DNA of 64,000 nt from Octopus vulgaris (GCA_951406725.2 OX597826.1:74896001-74960000); one strand, 5' to 3'. Counted from the stretch's first letter, positions 12,378-23,948 are shown. Notes: generated from the sequence alone by a model not told the origin. Translations and numbers: made by a program.

Positions 12378-14245
12378 CTGAAAGCAAAATGGAAGCGAAT
12401 TAAATTACAATATATAACCCGTTACTATAATTCTTCAACCAATGCGTTCGTGACCAAGCTGGAGCACATTTGAAGGCCAGTCACCTATCATTTCAAGATG
12501 ATGAGCCTTTAGAGCAGGCATGGGCAACTTTTCTTGAGAAGCAGGCCACAAGGCCACATGAGACATGGCTCATCATCACAAGCCACACTTCTAAAAAAGT
12601 CCAAAGATAATTTTTCATTAGCCATGCCATTCAGAAAGTGCCACAGGTTGCAGTTTTCCCAGGACTGGTTTAGAATGACCAATGACCAGCAAGTCTCCAA
12701 CACTGGTGTTCACAGTGCTTATGTCGACTTTCTCTGAAAATACCAATGTTGAGAGTGTGTGTCTATATTTACGTTGACATTATCTTGTGTATATTCTTGA
12801 CTTAAAATCCTTTCATTGTCTAAAGTCCGTTTCTTCCTTTTGGCATTTTATTTGCTTTTCAACTCCATCTGAGCAAATTACTTCAATATGTAATCGTTAT
12901 TAAAATTTCCTAAGAACAGGCACACCTGTATGGTAAGAAGTTTGCTTCTGAGCCACATGGTTCTGGGTTCAGTTCCACTGCGTGGCACCTTGGGCAAGTG
13001 TCTTCTACTACAGCTTTGGGCCAACCAAAACCTTGTGAGTGGACTTGGTAGAGGGGAAACTGAAAGAAGCCCATCATGTGTGTGTGTGTGGGTGGGTGTA
13101 TTGTTTGTGTCTGATCCCCCCCACCACCACCACCACTTGAAAACTGGTGCTGATGCTGGTTTGTTTACATCTCAGTAACTTAGCAGTTCAGCAAAGTACC
13201 AGACTTCAAAAAATAAATACAGTTCAACTAAAAGCCCTCCAAGATGGTGCTCCAGCCTGGACACAGCCTAATGATTGAAACAAGTAAAACAATAAGTCTA
13301 AATATGCCTTGTGCCAATCAGCCACCACCACCGCCCTCATAAACATTTACCTTTGTCCATTTTCTTACTGGACTGATCCTCAAAATGAACAATCGGTAAC
13401 ATTAAGGCCAGTTTGTACCACATTAAACAAGTCTTATTTCAAAGTGACTCAGATCCTCACTTCGGTCCCCTTCTTTGATAATTACCAGACACCAACCAGC
13501 CCCCTACTTTCGACCCCAATCTCCAGCTTGTAACCATGACTATGTGCCTTCTCAGAGAATGCCCCACCATTTACCATAATTCTAATTACCCCCAGATTGT
13601 CTTAGATTGTATTATCTTAGCTGAAATAAGGAAAGAGGGTTTCAAGTTTTTACTGATAGTCATCTAGACAGCAACACAAACCCTTAAACTGGTTTAAGGT
13701 GAAAGGATTGACGCTAATGATTTATATGTTTTAACTAAAACAATACAGAATATTCTCCTGACATTTCTGTTAAATTAGTGGAAGCTAAAGACCAAAATTG
13801 TGATAAGATAATAATAATAATAATAATGAAGAAAAGAAGTATTTAATGTTTTGAGTTGAGTCTTTCAGTGAAGAATGAGAGAATATAAGATTCCAGGCAG
13901 GAAAGGGAAGAGGAAGCGTGGAGGAAGAGGCAGAAATGATGAGGTAAGGAGGACAAGGTGTTGCAAAATATTACACTGGTGGCTTTACTGTTTCCACTGA
14001 TGGAGGTTAATCAGTCTTTTAAGCTCATCCTTTGTACTTTTAGCTGAATTGTATATTGGTAGGTGCAGGCATGGCTGTGTGGTTAAGAAGCTGGTTTTAC
14101 AAGTAAGCAATTTCAGGTTCAGTCCCACTGCATGGCACCTTGGGCACATGATGCTAGACCAACTAATGGCTTGTGAGTGAACTTGGAAGATGGAAAATCA
14201 TCATCATTCAAAAATTTGCAAATGTACATACATGCATGCATGCAT

Positions 14246-14295
<50 letters not shown>

Positions 14296-14324
14296 ACATA
14301 CATACATACATACATACATGCATG

Positions 14325-14371
<47 letters not shown>

Positions 14372-14729
14372 ACATACATACATAAGGATAAAGACCCCCC
14401 CTTCTATCACAAATGACCATGGGACTGCACCTAGAAAGTTCCCCCCTGATGCGCAAGTCTGGGCAAGGTTGTTTATGGAAGACCAGTAGTCACCTGTGCA
14501 TACCAGCCCCACCTTTCTATGCCACCGATTTTATCCAAAGGAAAGGCAAAAGCCAGTACAGCTTGGCGCCACTGATGTCACAACTCATTTCTACAGCTGA
14601 GTGAACTGGAGCAATGTGAAATAAAGAGTTTTGCTCAAAAACACAACACACAGTCCGGGAATTGAACTCACAACCTCATGATTGTAAGCCTGACACTCTA
14701 ACCACTGAGCTATGCACCTTCACAATATG

Positions 14730-14790
<61 letters not shown>

Positions 14791-15718
14791 TGTGTGTGTG
14801 TGCTAGGGTAGATTTTTTTGTTATATATATATTAAAAGTACTGGAACAGATCTGTTCAGATGAACCCTTCAAGGTGGTGCTCCAGCAAGGCCACAGTCCA
14901 ATGACTGAAACAAGTAAAAGATAATAAAAAGAAGAAGAATCCCCAGGTGGCACAGAGATACTTGACTCAAGACTTCAGTTTCAGTTCAAGGTTTTTGCTT
15001 CAATTTGCCACATCTTCCTAAAACAGACAATTCACTTCAAAACGAGACCATGAATTCAATCCTGAACATGTTGGACTCCCCTGTTATATACAAAAGATAA
15101 GGGTTATATATCCCCCGTTATATACAAAAGATAAGAGTTATATATCCCCCCGTTATATACAAAAGATAAGGGTTCCACAATTTTTCCTCGTTGAATAATC
15201 CGCACTGACCATTTGTTTATATCGATCAAACATTTGTGTTGTACATTATCTCACGTCTTCCATCAAATCGGCATTGCTTGTACAGGTGCGCAGGTGTGCC
15301 ACATGTTAGATGTCAAAGTGATTACAGAGCAACATGGGATGGAGTCTTTTGTTGAAGAACACAATGCACCGCCCAGTCCAGGAACTGAAACCACAATCTT
15401 GCGATCACAAGTGCAATACCCTAACCACTGGGTCATATGCTTTCCACAGTCCATCATAAATAGGTCAGGAAAAGAGGTAAGGAGTAAAAGCTGATTACAA
15501 TCAGGAAGTAGGACGAACATACAGGTGATAAGAGCAGAAAAAATGAGGTTAACAGAAACGAAAAAAGACACAGTAATTAATCTGTTAAGGACTTGGCTTA
15601 AAAATACAGATATAGACCTGATTGTTATAGGTTCAAATATCACCAGGAATGTTATTCTTTATGGATAAATAAAGTCTCTAAGATTAATTCAATATTTTTT
15701 CTATTTCTTTTTATGTTG

Positions 15719-15754
<36 letters not shown>

Positions 15755-15834
15755 TCACTGCTTGGAATTGAAGTCAAAATCTTGGGGTTAGTAGCCCGCA
15801 CTCTTAACCACTATACCATATGCCCGCAGCATAT

Positions 15835-15945
15835 GGCATAGTGGTTTATATTTTGAGTTACATATATATATGGGTGGCACCAAAATAGGTGGTCAAGAGC
15901 ATGGGCTACTAACTCCAAAATTCCGAGTTCGATTCCAAGCAGTGA

Positions 15946-15987
<42 letters not shown>

Positions 15988-16127
15988 CAACATTGAAAAA
16001 TACCTCAGGAATGAGAACCCAGGATCGAAACTTCCCCAAGACACCTGATGAAGGCTGGAGGGTATATCAGCCGAAACGTTGTGCTAACAACAAATAAAAT
16101 GAGGATAAATATCCGTCAAATGTAAAT
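15835..16127 (+). mobile_element. tRNA-head/(AAT)n/hammerhead element, copy A (3' end abuts the RTE tail); inverted partial copy at about 15715-15830
   Basis: A box TGGCATAGTGG, B box GAGTTCGATTCC, (AAT)n, then gacacCTGATGAaggctg-gagggtatat-cagccGAAAcgttgtgct. Confidence 0.8.
16040..16085 (+). ncRNA. Minimal type-I hammerhead ribozyme motif (intact core)
   Basis: CUGAUGA 16045-16051, stem II GGCUG/CAGCC, GAAA 16073-16076, palindromic AACGUU, stem I gacac/gugcu (gugUu in other copies). Confidence 0.72.
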
Positions 16128-19100
16128 CATCATCATCATCATCATCATCGTTTAACGTCCGCTTTCCGCGCTAGCACGGGTTGGACGGTTTGACCGGGTC
16201 TGGGAAGCCAGGGGCCGCTCCAGGCTCCAGTCTGAATCTGGCAGAGTTTCTACGGCTGGATGCCCTTCCTAACGCCAACCACTCCGTGAGTGGATTGGGT
16301 GCTTTTTACGTGCCACCTGCACAGGGGCCGGAGGGTCCGGCATCGTCACGATCGGATTCGAGCATTTTAACGTGTCAGCGGCACGGGGGCAACGAGGTCC
16401 GGGGTACTTTGGGGATTGGGGTATTTTGGGGATCCAGGGTACTTTGGGGATCCGGGGTACTTAGAATGGGTAGGGGGTACTTAGAATGGGTAGGGGGTAT
16501 GTGGAATTGCTGCAGAAAGCAGCCCGGGTCTTTGTAGTCACAGCATATCTCCAGAGATCTCGGTCCTTCGCCATTGCCTCAGTGAGGCCCAATGCTCTGA
16601 GGTCATGCTTGACCACCTCATCCCATGTCTTCCTGGGTCTACCTCTCCCCCTGATACCTTCAACTGTTTGGGAGTGGCACTTCTTCACACATCTCTCTTC
16701 ATCCATCCGCAGCACATGACCATACCATCGCAAGCGTCGCTCTTGCACACCACATCTGATGCTTCTTATATCCAGCATTTCTCTCAGGATACTTACACTC
16801 TGTTTTGCGTGCACACTGACACTACACATCCAGCGGATCATGCTAGCTTCATTTCTTTCAAGTCTACGCATGTCTTCTGCAGTCACAGCCCATGTTTCAT
16901 TACCGTGAAGCATGGCAGTTCGCACACATGCATCATATAATCTACCTTTTGCTCTGAGGGAGAGGCCTTTTGTTGCCAGTAGGGGTAGGAGCTTTCTGAA
17001 CTTTGCCCAGGCTATTCGTATTCTAGTGGTGATACTCTCTGTGCATCCACCTCCGCTACTAACTTGGTCTCCCAGGTAGCGGAAACTATCAACTACTTCT
17101 AGTTTCTCTCCCTGGAGTGTGATGGAATCTGTTTTCTGAGTGTCTGTTGTGTCTATTGTCCCTGTGCATCTGCCGCACATGAAAGCTATCTTATCTGTTA
17201 ATTTCCCTTTAATGTTGCTGCACCTCTTATGTGTCCATAACTTACATTGGGTGCATCTTATGGAGTTTCTACCTGTACCTTTCCTACAGGTTGAGCAGGG
17301 CCACCTACCCGAGGGGATGTGTGTTGAGTACCTCTTGCTGCTTACTAATACTTTGGTCTTTGCTACATTTATTCTAAGGCCCTTTGATTCCAACCCTTGC
17401 TTCCATACCCGAAATTTCTCTTCTAGTTCCGGTAGTGATTCTGCTATGAGAGCTAGGTCATCGGCATAGAGGAGCTCCCAGGGGCATCCCGTTTTGAATT
17501 CCTCTGTTATTGCTTGAAGTACTATGATGAACAAAAGGGGACTGAGGGCTGAGCCCTGGTGCACACCTACTTCTACTCGGAATTCTTCACTATATTCGTT
17601 GCCAATCCTAACCTTGCTAACAGCCTCTCTGTATAGAGCCTGTACAGCCCTTATTAGCCATTCTTCAATCTCCAGTTTCCGCATCGACCACCAGATAAGG
17701 GAACGGGGAACCCTGTCAAAGGCTTTCTCCAAGTCTACAAAAGCTATGTAGAGGGGTTTATCTTTAGCTAGGTACTTCTCCTGCAGTTGTCGGACCAGGA
17801 ATATAGCATCAGTGGTGCTTCTACCTGGTACAAAACCGAACTGCATTTCATCTAAACAAATTCTCTCCCTAATGAGATTGGTTATGACCTTCTCTGAGAC
17901 CTTCATCACCTGGTCCAACAGTTTGATACCTCTGTAGTTATTTCTATCTAGAGCATCACCCTTACCCTTGTAGCAGTTGACTATGGTACTGCTGCACCAG
18001 TCATTGGGTATGGCTCCATTGTGAACTACCTGGTTTACAATGCGGGTGACTATGGCATGGCCCACATAGCCAGCTGTTTTAAGCATCTCAGCAGTGATTC
18101 CTGATAGGCCAGGGGCTTTGCCTGGTTTCATATCCTTAATTGCCTTATCTACAAGGGAGCTGTCTATTCGGGTAGCTGGTCCCTCTACTGGGTCAACATT
18201 TGGCAGGCTCTCCTCCTCCCATTCATTCTCCTCATTTAGCAGTCTTTCATAATGGCTTCTCCAAGCCTCTTTCTTTTCACTAGTAGTAAAAGCAAGTGCC
18301 CCATCATCCATGCGGACACATTTCTCTCCTATAACATCGCTATTTTCTCTGACACACTGTCTGGCAATCCGAAATACTTCAGCTCTTTGATCCTCGCGAC
18401 GCTGGACATTGGCAAACTTCTTCTTTTCTGCTACATCTTTGGCAATGTATACCTGCCGCCCAGCCTCCCTTTTGGCTATCTGGTACAGTTCCCTGCTGCC
18501 CCCCTCCTTCCAGGCTTTCCAGGCCCGTCTCTTTTCACAGATGGCTTTATCTACTGCACTATTCCACCACCACGTAATTCTAGGTCTGGAAGGGACTTTG
18601 CACCATCCACAAACTTGGTCTGTGGCACTCAACAAGCTGTCCCGTAGGAATTCCCAGCTACCTTCTATGTCTGACATCTGAAGCTCCTCTTCCCTCTCAT
18701 CAAATTTCTTGATGAGTATGTCCCTAAATTTCTGACCATGCGAAGGGTTCTTTAGCCTCCAAATCCTTCTTTTCTGGATTGGTTTGTTTCTTGGAGTCCT
18801 TCTGGCCTCAAGCTTAAAGTCACTGATGATTAGTCTATGCTGAGGGATACATTCTTCACCCGGGAGGGTCTTTGTATTCAAGAGCAACCCTGCATCCCGT
18901 TGTCTGGTGAGGATGAAGTCTATTTGGCTAGCGGAGTCTCCTGACTGATAAGTTATAAGGTGGCAGACTGGCTTCTTGAAGTTAGTGTTGCAGATTGAAA
19001 GGTTACATGCATCACAGAATTCCAGTAGTCTAGTTCCCTCATCGTTTCTGGTGCCAATACCATATCCACCATGTACCCCAGTGAAGATACCCGATTCCCG

Positions 19101-19908
19101 CCCAACATGCCCGTTAAAATCTCCACCTACAAAGATGAGGTCCTTGTTACTAGTCTTTGAAGTAGCCTGCAGAAGGGTATCATAAAAGTTGTCCTTCTGA
19201 TCATTTGGTAGTCCCGCTTGTGGGGCATAGGCTGAGATAATCATAGCTGTGCCACTCTGTAGGACCAACCTGAGCTTAAGCACTCTATCACAAACCCTGA
19301 CAACCTCTATGACCTTATCCACCCATTCCTCCGCAAGGAGAATGCCTACACCCCCTACACCTTCCGCGTTACCTTGCCAGTAGAGTTTGTATCTAAGTGC
19401 CTTGCCCGTGAGGACCCTAGCCGAAGCATCTCTCCATCTTACCTCTTGTATGCAGCATACATCAACCTGTCTTCTCTCTAGCATCTCTACAATCTCACTA
19501 GACTTGCCTGTCAATGTACCAACATTGATAGTGCCAACTCTGAAAACTGGGAAGGAGATGTGGGGGGGACAGGGGGGATTCGGCGCCTGAGAAGAGGAGG
19601 GTTGTAGTGGTGGTGATAGTTTTCGTGGTATTTTTCTTTTGATCTCTCTTCCAACCTGACCACGCCGTGGGCAGGAGCTGGTGTTAGCAGTGGACATTTG
19701 TTATCGTCTCTGAGTAACGTAATTAGGTAGAGGAAAGAAATACAGATATTCTAGAGTTGAGTTGGGGAGGTCCAGTTGAGGCGGGTAATATAGGGGAGCA
19801 ACCAGTGGGGAAGGTTGGGGTAAGGAGGAACGATGGCAGGAAGGGTTGGTGTAGGTTCCTAAGAAATAAAAACGTAGGATATTACGAGGCGGGAGGGTAC
19901 TAAAGGGG

Positions 19909-19910
<2 letters not shown>
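16126..19910 (-). mobile_element. Near full-length RTE LINE: pyrimidine-rich 5' UTR, single ORF, 3' UTR ending in a (GAT)n tail
   Basis: ORF above; 3' end ...ggacgttaaacgatgatgatg is shared with many short copies in the window. Confidence 0.92.
16461..19697 (-). CDS. RTE-clade LINE polyprotein (APE endonuclease + reverse transcriptase with inserted PHD finger), intact 1078 aa
   Basis: APE motifs GTINV, IQE, GDFNGH, IDFIL, QH; RT motifs YRGIKLL, QFGF, FVDLEKAFDRV, GVHQGSALSP, LYADD, FRYLG; RTE-type C-terminus RRLRWYGHVLR...RGRPRKTW; no stops or frameshifts. Confidence 0.96.
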   Translation of the reverse strand: MSTANTSSCPRRGQVGREIKRKIPRKLSPPLQPSSSQAPNPPCPPHISFPVFRVGTINVGTLTGKSSEIVEMLERRQVDVCCIQEVRWRDASARVLTGKALRYKLYWQGNAEGVGGVGILLAEEWVDKVIEVVRVCDRVLKLRLVLQSGTAMIISAYAPQAGLPNDQKDNFYDTLLQATSKTSNKDLIFVGGDFNGHVGRESGIFTGVHGGYGIGTRNDEGTRLLEFCDACNLSICNTNFKKPVCHLITYQSGDSASQIDFILTRQRDAGLLLNTKTLPGEECIPQHRLIISDFKLEARRTPRNKPIQKRRIWRLKNPSHGQKFRDILIKKFDEREEELQMSDIEGSWEFLRDSLLSATDQVCGWCKVPSRPRITWWWNSAVDKAICEKRRAWKAWKEGGSRELYQIAKREAGRQVYIAKDVAEKKKFANVQRREDQRAEVFRIARQCVRENSDVIGEKCVRMDDGALAFTTSEKKEAWRSHYERLLNEENEWEEESLPNVDPVEGPATRIDSSLVDKAIKDMKPGKAPGLSGITAEMLKTAGYVGHAIVTRIVNQVVHNGAIPNDWCSSTIVNCYKGKGDALDRNNYRGIKLLDQVMKVSEKVITNLIRERICLDEMQFGFVPGRSTTDAIFLVRQLQEKYLAKDKPLYIAFVDLEKAFDRVPRSLIWWSMRKLEIEEWLIRAVQALYREAVSKVRIGNEYSEEFRVEVGVHQGSALSPLLFIIVLQAITEEFKTGCPWELLYADDLALIAESLPELEEKFRVWKQGLESKGLRINVAKTKVLVSSKRYSTHIPSGRWPCSTCRKGTGRNSIRCTQCKLWTHKRCSNIKGKLTDKIAFMCGRCTGTIDTTDTQKTDSITLQGEKLEVVDSFRYLGDQVSSGGGCTESITTRIRIAWAKFRKLLPLLATKGLSLRAKGRLYDACVRTAMLHGNETWAVTAEDMRRLERNEASMIRWMCSVSVHAKQSVSILREMLDIRSIRCGVQERRLRWYGHVLRMDEERCVKKCHSQTVEGIRGRGRPRKTWDEVVKHDLRALGLTEAMAKDRDLWRYAVTTKTRAAFCSNSTYPLPILSTPYPF

Positions 19911-19993
<83 letters not shown>

Positions 19994-20007
19994 AATAATA
20001 ATAATAA

Positions 20008-20043
<36 letters not shown>

Positions 20044-20218
20044 CAACATTGAAAAATACCTCAGGAATGAGAACCCAGGATCGAAATTTCCCCAAGACAC
20101 CTGATGAAGGCTGGAGGGTGTATCAGCCAAAACGTTGCGTTGACAACAAACAAGATGAGGACAATTATCCGTCAAATGTAAATAATGTACATAATTCCTC
20201 ATCTCTTAAATATAGAAC
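19911..20218 (+). mobile_element. Hammerhead element copy B (no head; core GAAA changed to AAAA)
   Basis: (AAT/GAT)n then body nearly identical to copy A, complete 3' end ...ctcatctcttaaatatagaac. Confidence 0.8.
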
Positions 20219-20257
20219 AGAAATCAATGTATTTAATTAAAATGTAACAATACTTGC

Positions 20258-20422
20258 CATTTATTTGGTATTCCATCCTCCATTTTAATGACTCGTGAAT
20301 TAAGGAGGCAACTTCTTCAACTTTGGCTTTAGGCTGGTGTCTGCAGTAGAGCTCCAAGAGAAAATCATCGGTCTTAATCCGTTCCAAATCTCGGTCATCG
20401 TAGCAACCTTTCTCAATGTTAT
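20258..20422 (-). CDS. MOSPD2: MOSPD2-like gene, internal exon (N-terminal part of the CRAL-TRIO region), 165 nt, phase 1 to phase 1
   Basis: Acceptor ctttgtag|; encodes DNIEKGCYDDRDLERIKTDDFLLELYCRHQPKAKVEEVASLIHESLKWRMEYQIN, resembling vertebrate MOSPD2 as I recall it (YDARDVERLQQDD...LDESFQWRKEISVND); ends at a GC donor (G|gcaagt). Confidence 0.9.
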
Positions 20423-20809
20423 CTACAAAGAAATAAAATAACCAGATATGTAAGTATTTCCTACAGTGTTGTATATATGTAGGGGTGTGTGGCTAAGTGA
20501 TTACAGTGTTGGAATCGTGGTCGTAAGATTGTGATTTCAATTCTTGGGCCAGGCGACGTGTTGTGTTTTTGAGCCAAACACTTCATTTCAAGTCGCTCCA
20601 GTCCACTCAGCTGGCAAAAAGGAGTAATTCTGTGACAGACTGTTGTCCCATCCAGTCGGAGGTGGATGGAATATACACATCGTGGAAACCAGGAAACTGA
20701 CACCATGGATCTATATGACTGGGCAAGGATCACAGAGTTGTAAATATTGAGGGCATCTATCATGGGTGGAGGTTCTAACAATATAAGAGACACTGGCCTG
20801 AGTTGCATG

Positions 20810-21234
20810 CAGAGCCAGATTAAGGCCCATAGAGACCCTAAGCACTTAATAGATTTTGGTGCCACCCATATATATGTAACTCAAAATATAAACAATAATA
20901 AACCATAAAATAAATTCTCATCTTTCAAAATGAAACAAAAATAACAGAAAGCTGGAAAATAATGATTATTTTTGTATACTCCCCTCACTTTATCTATATT
21001 TGAAAGGTTTTCTCCTACTTAACTGCAAAATCTTTGAATACCTCCTCAAAATTAATCTTACGCAACACATCTGCTTCTATGCTTGCAAGAGATAAAGGCA
21101 TCCCAAATATTATTTTAGCAAGTATAAAGTGATTTCTTTTGTGTTGTAAACCATTTACCATTTCTGTGGTGTCCCCCACATCCCTTTGTGCCCTAACTAT
21201 GTGCTTATTTTGCTTAAAGGCTCATCCGACTCTA
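20810..21234 (-). mobile_element. hAT-derived non-autonomous element
   Basis: Imperfect TIRs cagagccagatt / atccgactcta; degenerate 8-bp TSD gttgcatg/gttgtgtg; internal LSLASIEADVLRKINFEEVFKDFAVK resembles the hAT C-terminal dimerisation domain. Confidence 0.7.
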
Positions 21235-21937
21235 GTTGTGTGTAATATTGGAGACATTGAATAATGTGTATGTATTTTGCATATAGTGAATGGGGTTTTG
21301 ATACACATGTACACATGGAGCAATTCACAGTAGCATGTGTAAATTTAATTGATATTTGGGTCTCATGGAGGCAATGACAAATGACTGAGATCTTCAGCAA
21401 TATACTATCAAGCCAAGTGTAATCAAAGTTGTGGAGGATACTGGTATCATGCAACAGGCACCAAGGGTGCTGGTGGCACTTAAAAGCACCTATTACACTT
21501 TCGGAGTGGTTGGCATCCATCCATAAAAACCATGCCAAATCAGACTGGAGTCTGGCACAGCCCTCAGCTTACCAGCTCTGGTCAAACAGTCCAACCCATG
21601 CCAGCATGGATAATGGACGTTAAATGATGATGAAAATGAAGATGTTGATTTCTTGTCTCATTTTGATACATACTCAAACTATTGTGTTCAAGCTATGGGT
21701 AAGGGGGAAAAAGAAAAAAAACCATATACCCAAGGCAGTGTTTTGGATGCTAAACACAAATCACAGGAGGGCTGATATATGTAATATATCTAACTGAAAA
21801 ACTTTGAGATCGATGGAGATTATCCAAGCAATCTGTAGACAAAAATCCGTGTAGTGATGTTTAAAATCTAAAAAAAAAACAAGAAAAGAAAGGAAGATAA
21901 TTAAGATCAGTTAAATGAAATCTTTTAGCGATGCAGG

Positions 21938-22100
21938 TGCAGGCATGGTTGTGTGGTAAGAAGCTTGCTTACAAACCACATGGTTCCAGGTTCAGCCCCA
22001 TTGTGTGGCATCTTGGGCAAGTGACTTCTACTATAGCTTCGAGCCAACCAAAGCCTTGTGAGTGGATTTGGTAGACGGAAACTGAAAGAAGCCCATCGTA

Positions 22101-22131
<31 letters not shown>

Positions 22132-22320
22132 TTCTCCCCTACCACTACTTGACAACCGGTGTAGGTTTGTTTACAACCCTATAGCTTAGTTCAGCAAAAC
22201 AGACAACAGAATAAAAAGCAAACTTCAAAAAGAATACATTCAAGGTTCAATTCCTTCAACTAAAAACTCTTCAAGGCAGTGCCCCAGCATGGCCACAGTC
22301 TAATAACTGAAACAAGTTCA
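21938..22320 (+). mobile_element. tRNA-derived CORE-like SINE with internal (TG)n; representative of a family with more than 10 full or partial copies (e.g. near 12918, 14065, 23213, 27355, 38330, 42050, 52915, 53990, 61810)
   Basis: Head gcaggcatggttgtgtggtaagaag...ggttcag, CORE-like cttgggcaagtg, tail ccagcatggccacagtc...actgaaacaagt. Confidence 0.75.
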
Positions 22321-23109
22321 AAGAAGCAGATTAGATTGTATCTGGTCTAAAAGCAGCTGGAAAAAGCAACAGACATGTTTCAGTCTTATTAGTCTTTCTC
22401 AGCTAAGCATATTCGTCTCTGTTGACAAAACAAAGAGGGATCAATAGATACAGAAATAGATTAAATGTATTGATATTGATTATTAATATCAATAATATGA
22501 GCAAGTAAAATACCGTGATGTAGTTTACTACATACTTAACGCATAAAGCACGACGGACCATGATCGAGGCCGTCAGACACAGGTCGAAAGACCACAACTG
22601 TGGCCAAGATAGATGCATTTAATTTATGGGCATTTGTTGGGGTCTAATGTTACTCAGACTCTCCGATACCCACCACCCCAGAATGCAAGAGGACTAATAG
22701 TTCAACTAATGACTTTTCAGATGATCTAAAACTTTCCACCATTATATACTAAGAAAGTACTTTAACTATTGTTTGCTTTTTATGTGTGCCTTGCCCGCCC
22801 ATGCCGGTGGCACATAAAAAACACTACCTGAACATGATCGATGCCAGGCCCACCTGACTGGCTCCCTGTGTTGGTGACACATAAAAAACACCACCCGAAC
22901 ATGATTGATGCCAGACCCGCCTGACTGGCTCCCTGTGACGATGGCACGTAAAAAGCACCCACTACACTCTCAGAGTGGTTGGCATTAGGAAGGGCATCCA
23001 GCTGTAGAAACATTGCCAGATCAGATTGGAGCCTGGTGCAACCTCCTGGCTCTCCAGACCTCAGTCAAACCGTCCAACCCATGCCAGCATGGAAAGCGGA
23101 CGTTAAATA

Positions 23110-23145
<36 letters not shown>

Positions 23146-23744
23146 GTAGTCTCCTCTTCATAAAATGTGCTCAGCAGTCCATGCTATGTAAGTGCAAATC
23201 CCATTGCTTTACTCTTTACTTGTTTCAGTCATTTGACTGCGGCCATGCTGGAGCACCGCCTTTAGTCAAGCAACTCGACCCCGGGACTTATTCTTTGTAA
23301 GCCCAGTACTTATCCTATCGGTCTCTTTTGCTGAACCGCTAAGTGACGGGGATGTAAACACACCAGCATCAGTTGTCAAGCAACGCTAGGGGGACAAACA
23401 CAGACACGCAAACACACACGCATACATATATATATATATACATATATACGACAGGCTTCTTTCAGTTTCCGTCTACCAAATCCACTCACAAGGCATTGGT
23501 CGGCCCGGGGCTATAGCAGAAGACACTTGCCCAAGATGCCATGCAGTGGGACTGAACCCGGAACCATGTAGTTGGTTAGCAAGCTACTTACCACACAGCC
23601 ACTCCTGCACCCATAAAGTTTGAATTTCCATCCCACTGCAATGGACCAGAATGATACGAAATAGAAATGATTGCCAAGTAACATTTAGAAAAACTTCTCA
23701 AGATGAGATGAAAGAGAAATCCGTAAAGATTCAACATGTCTTAA

Positions 23745-23948
23745 CCCTTCCGTTACCAACTCGGCTGAAACCGGCTCTGGCTCGTTTTCTTAAGTTTTGA
23801 ATTAAAATCTTCCACCAAACCTTAGTCGCAATTTATGTTCCTAACACTAGGTTAATGATTACTAAGTTATTTTACCAAATTCTTTGTTATATTTAAAGTA
23901 ATTAAAAGAAACACAGAGCATCTCAAAATAAATACAATAGCGAAAGGG
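23745..23948. mobile_element. piggyBac-like MITE
   Basis: TTAA|CCCTTCCGTTA ... TAGCGAAAGGG|TTAA; related degenerate copy near 56610-56832. Confidence 0.75.

Noticed and set aside
14119-14512. Many overlapping ORFs rich in VC, HT or YI (also near 24303, 30212, 37697, 39284 and 42494)
   Set aside because: Translations of (CA)n and (TA)n microsatellites
16486-19590. Plus-strand ORFs overlapping the LINE
   Set aside because: Antisense shadows of the RTE ORF with no independent motifs
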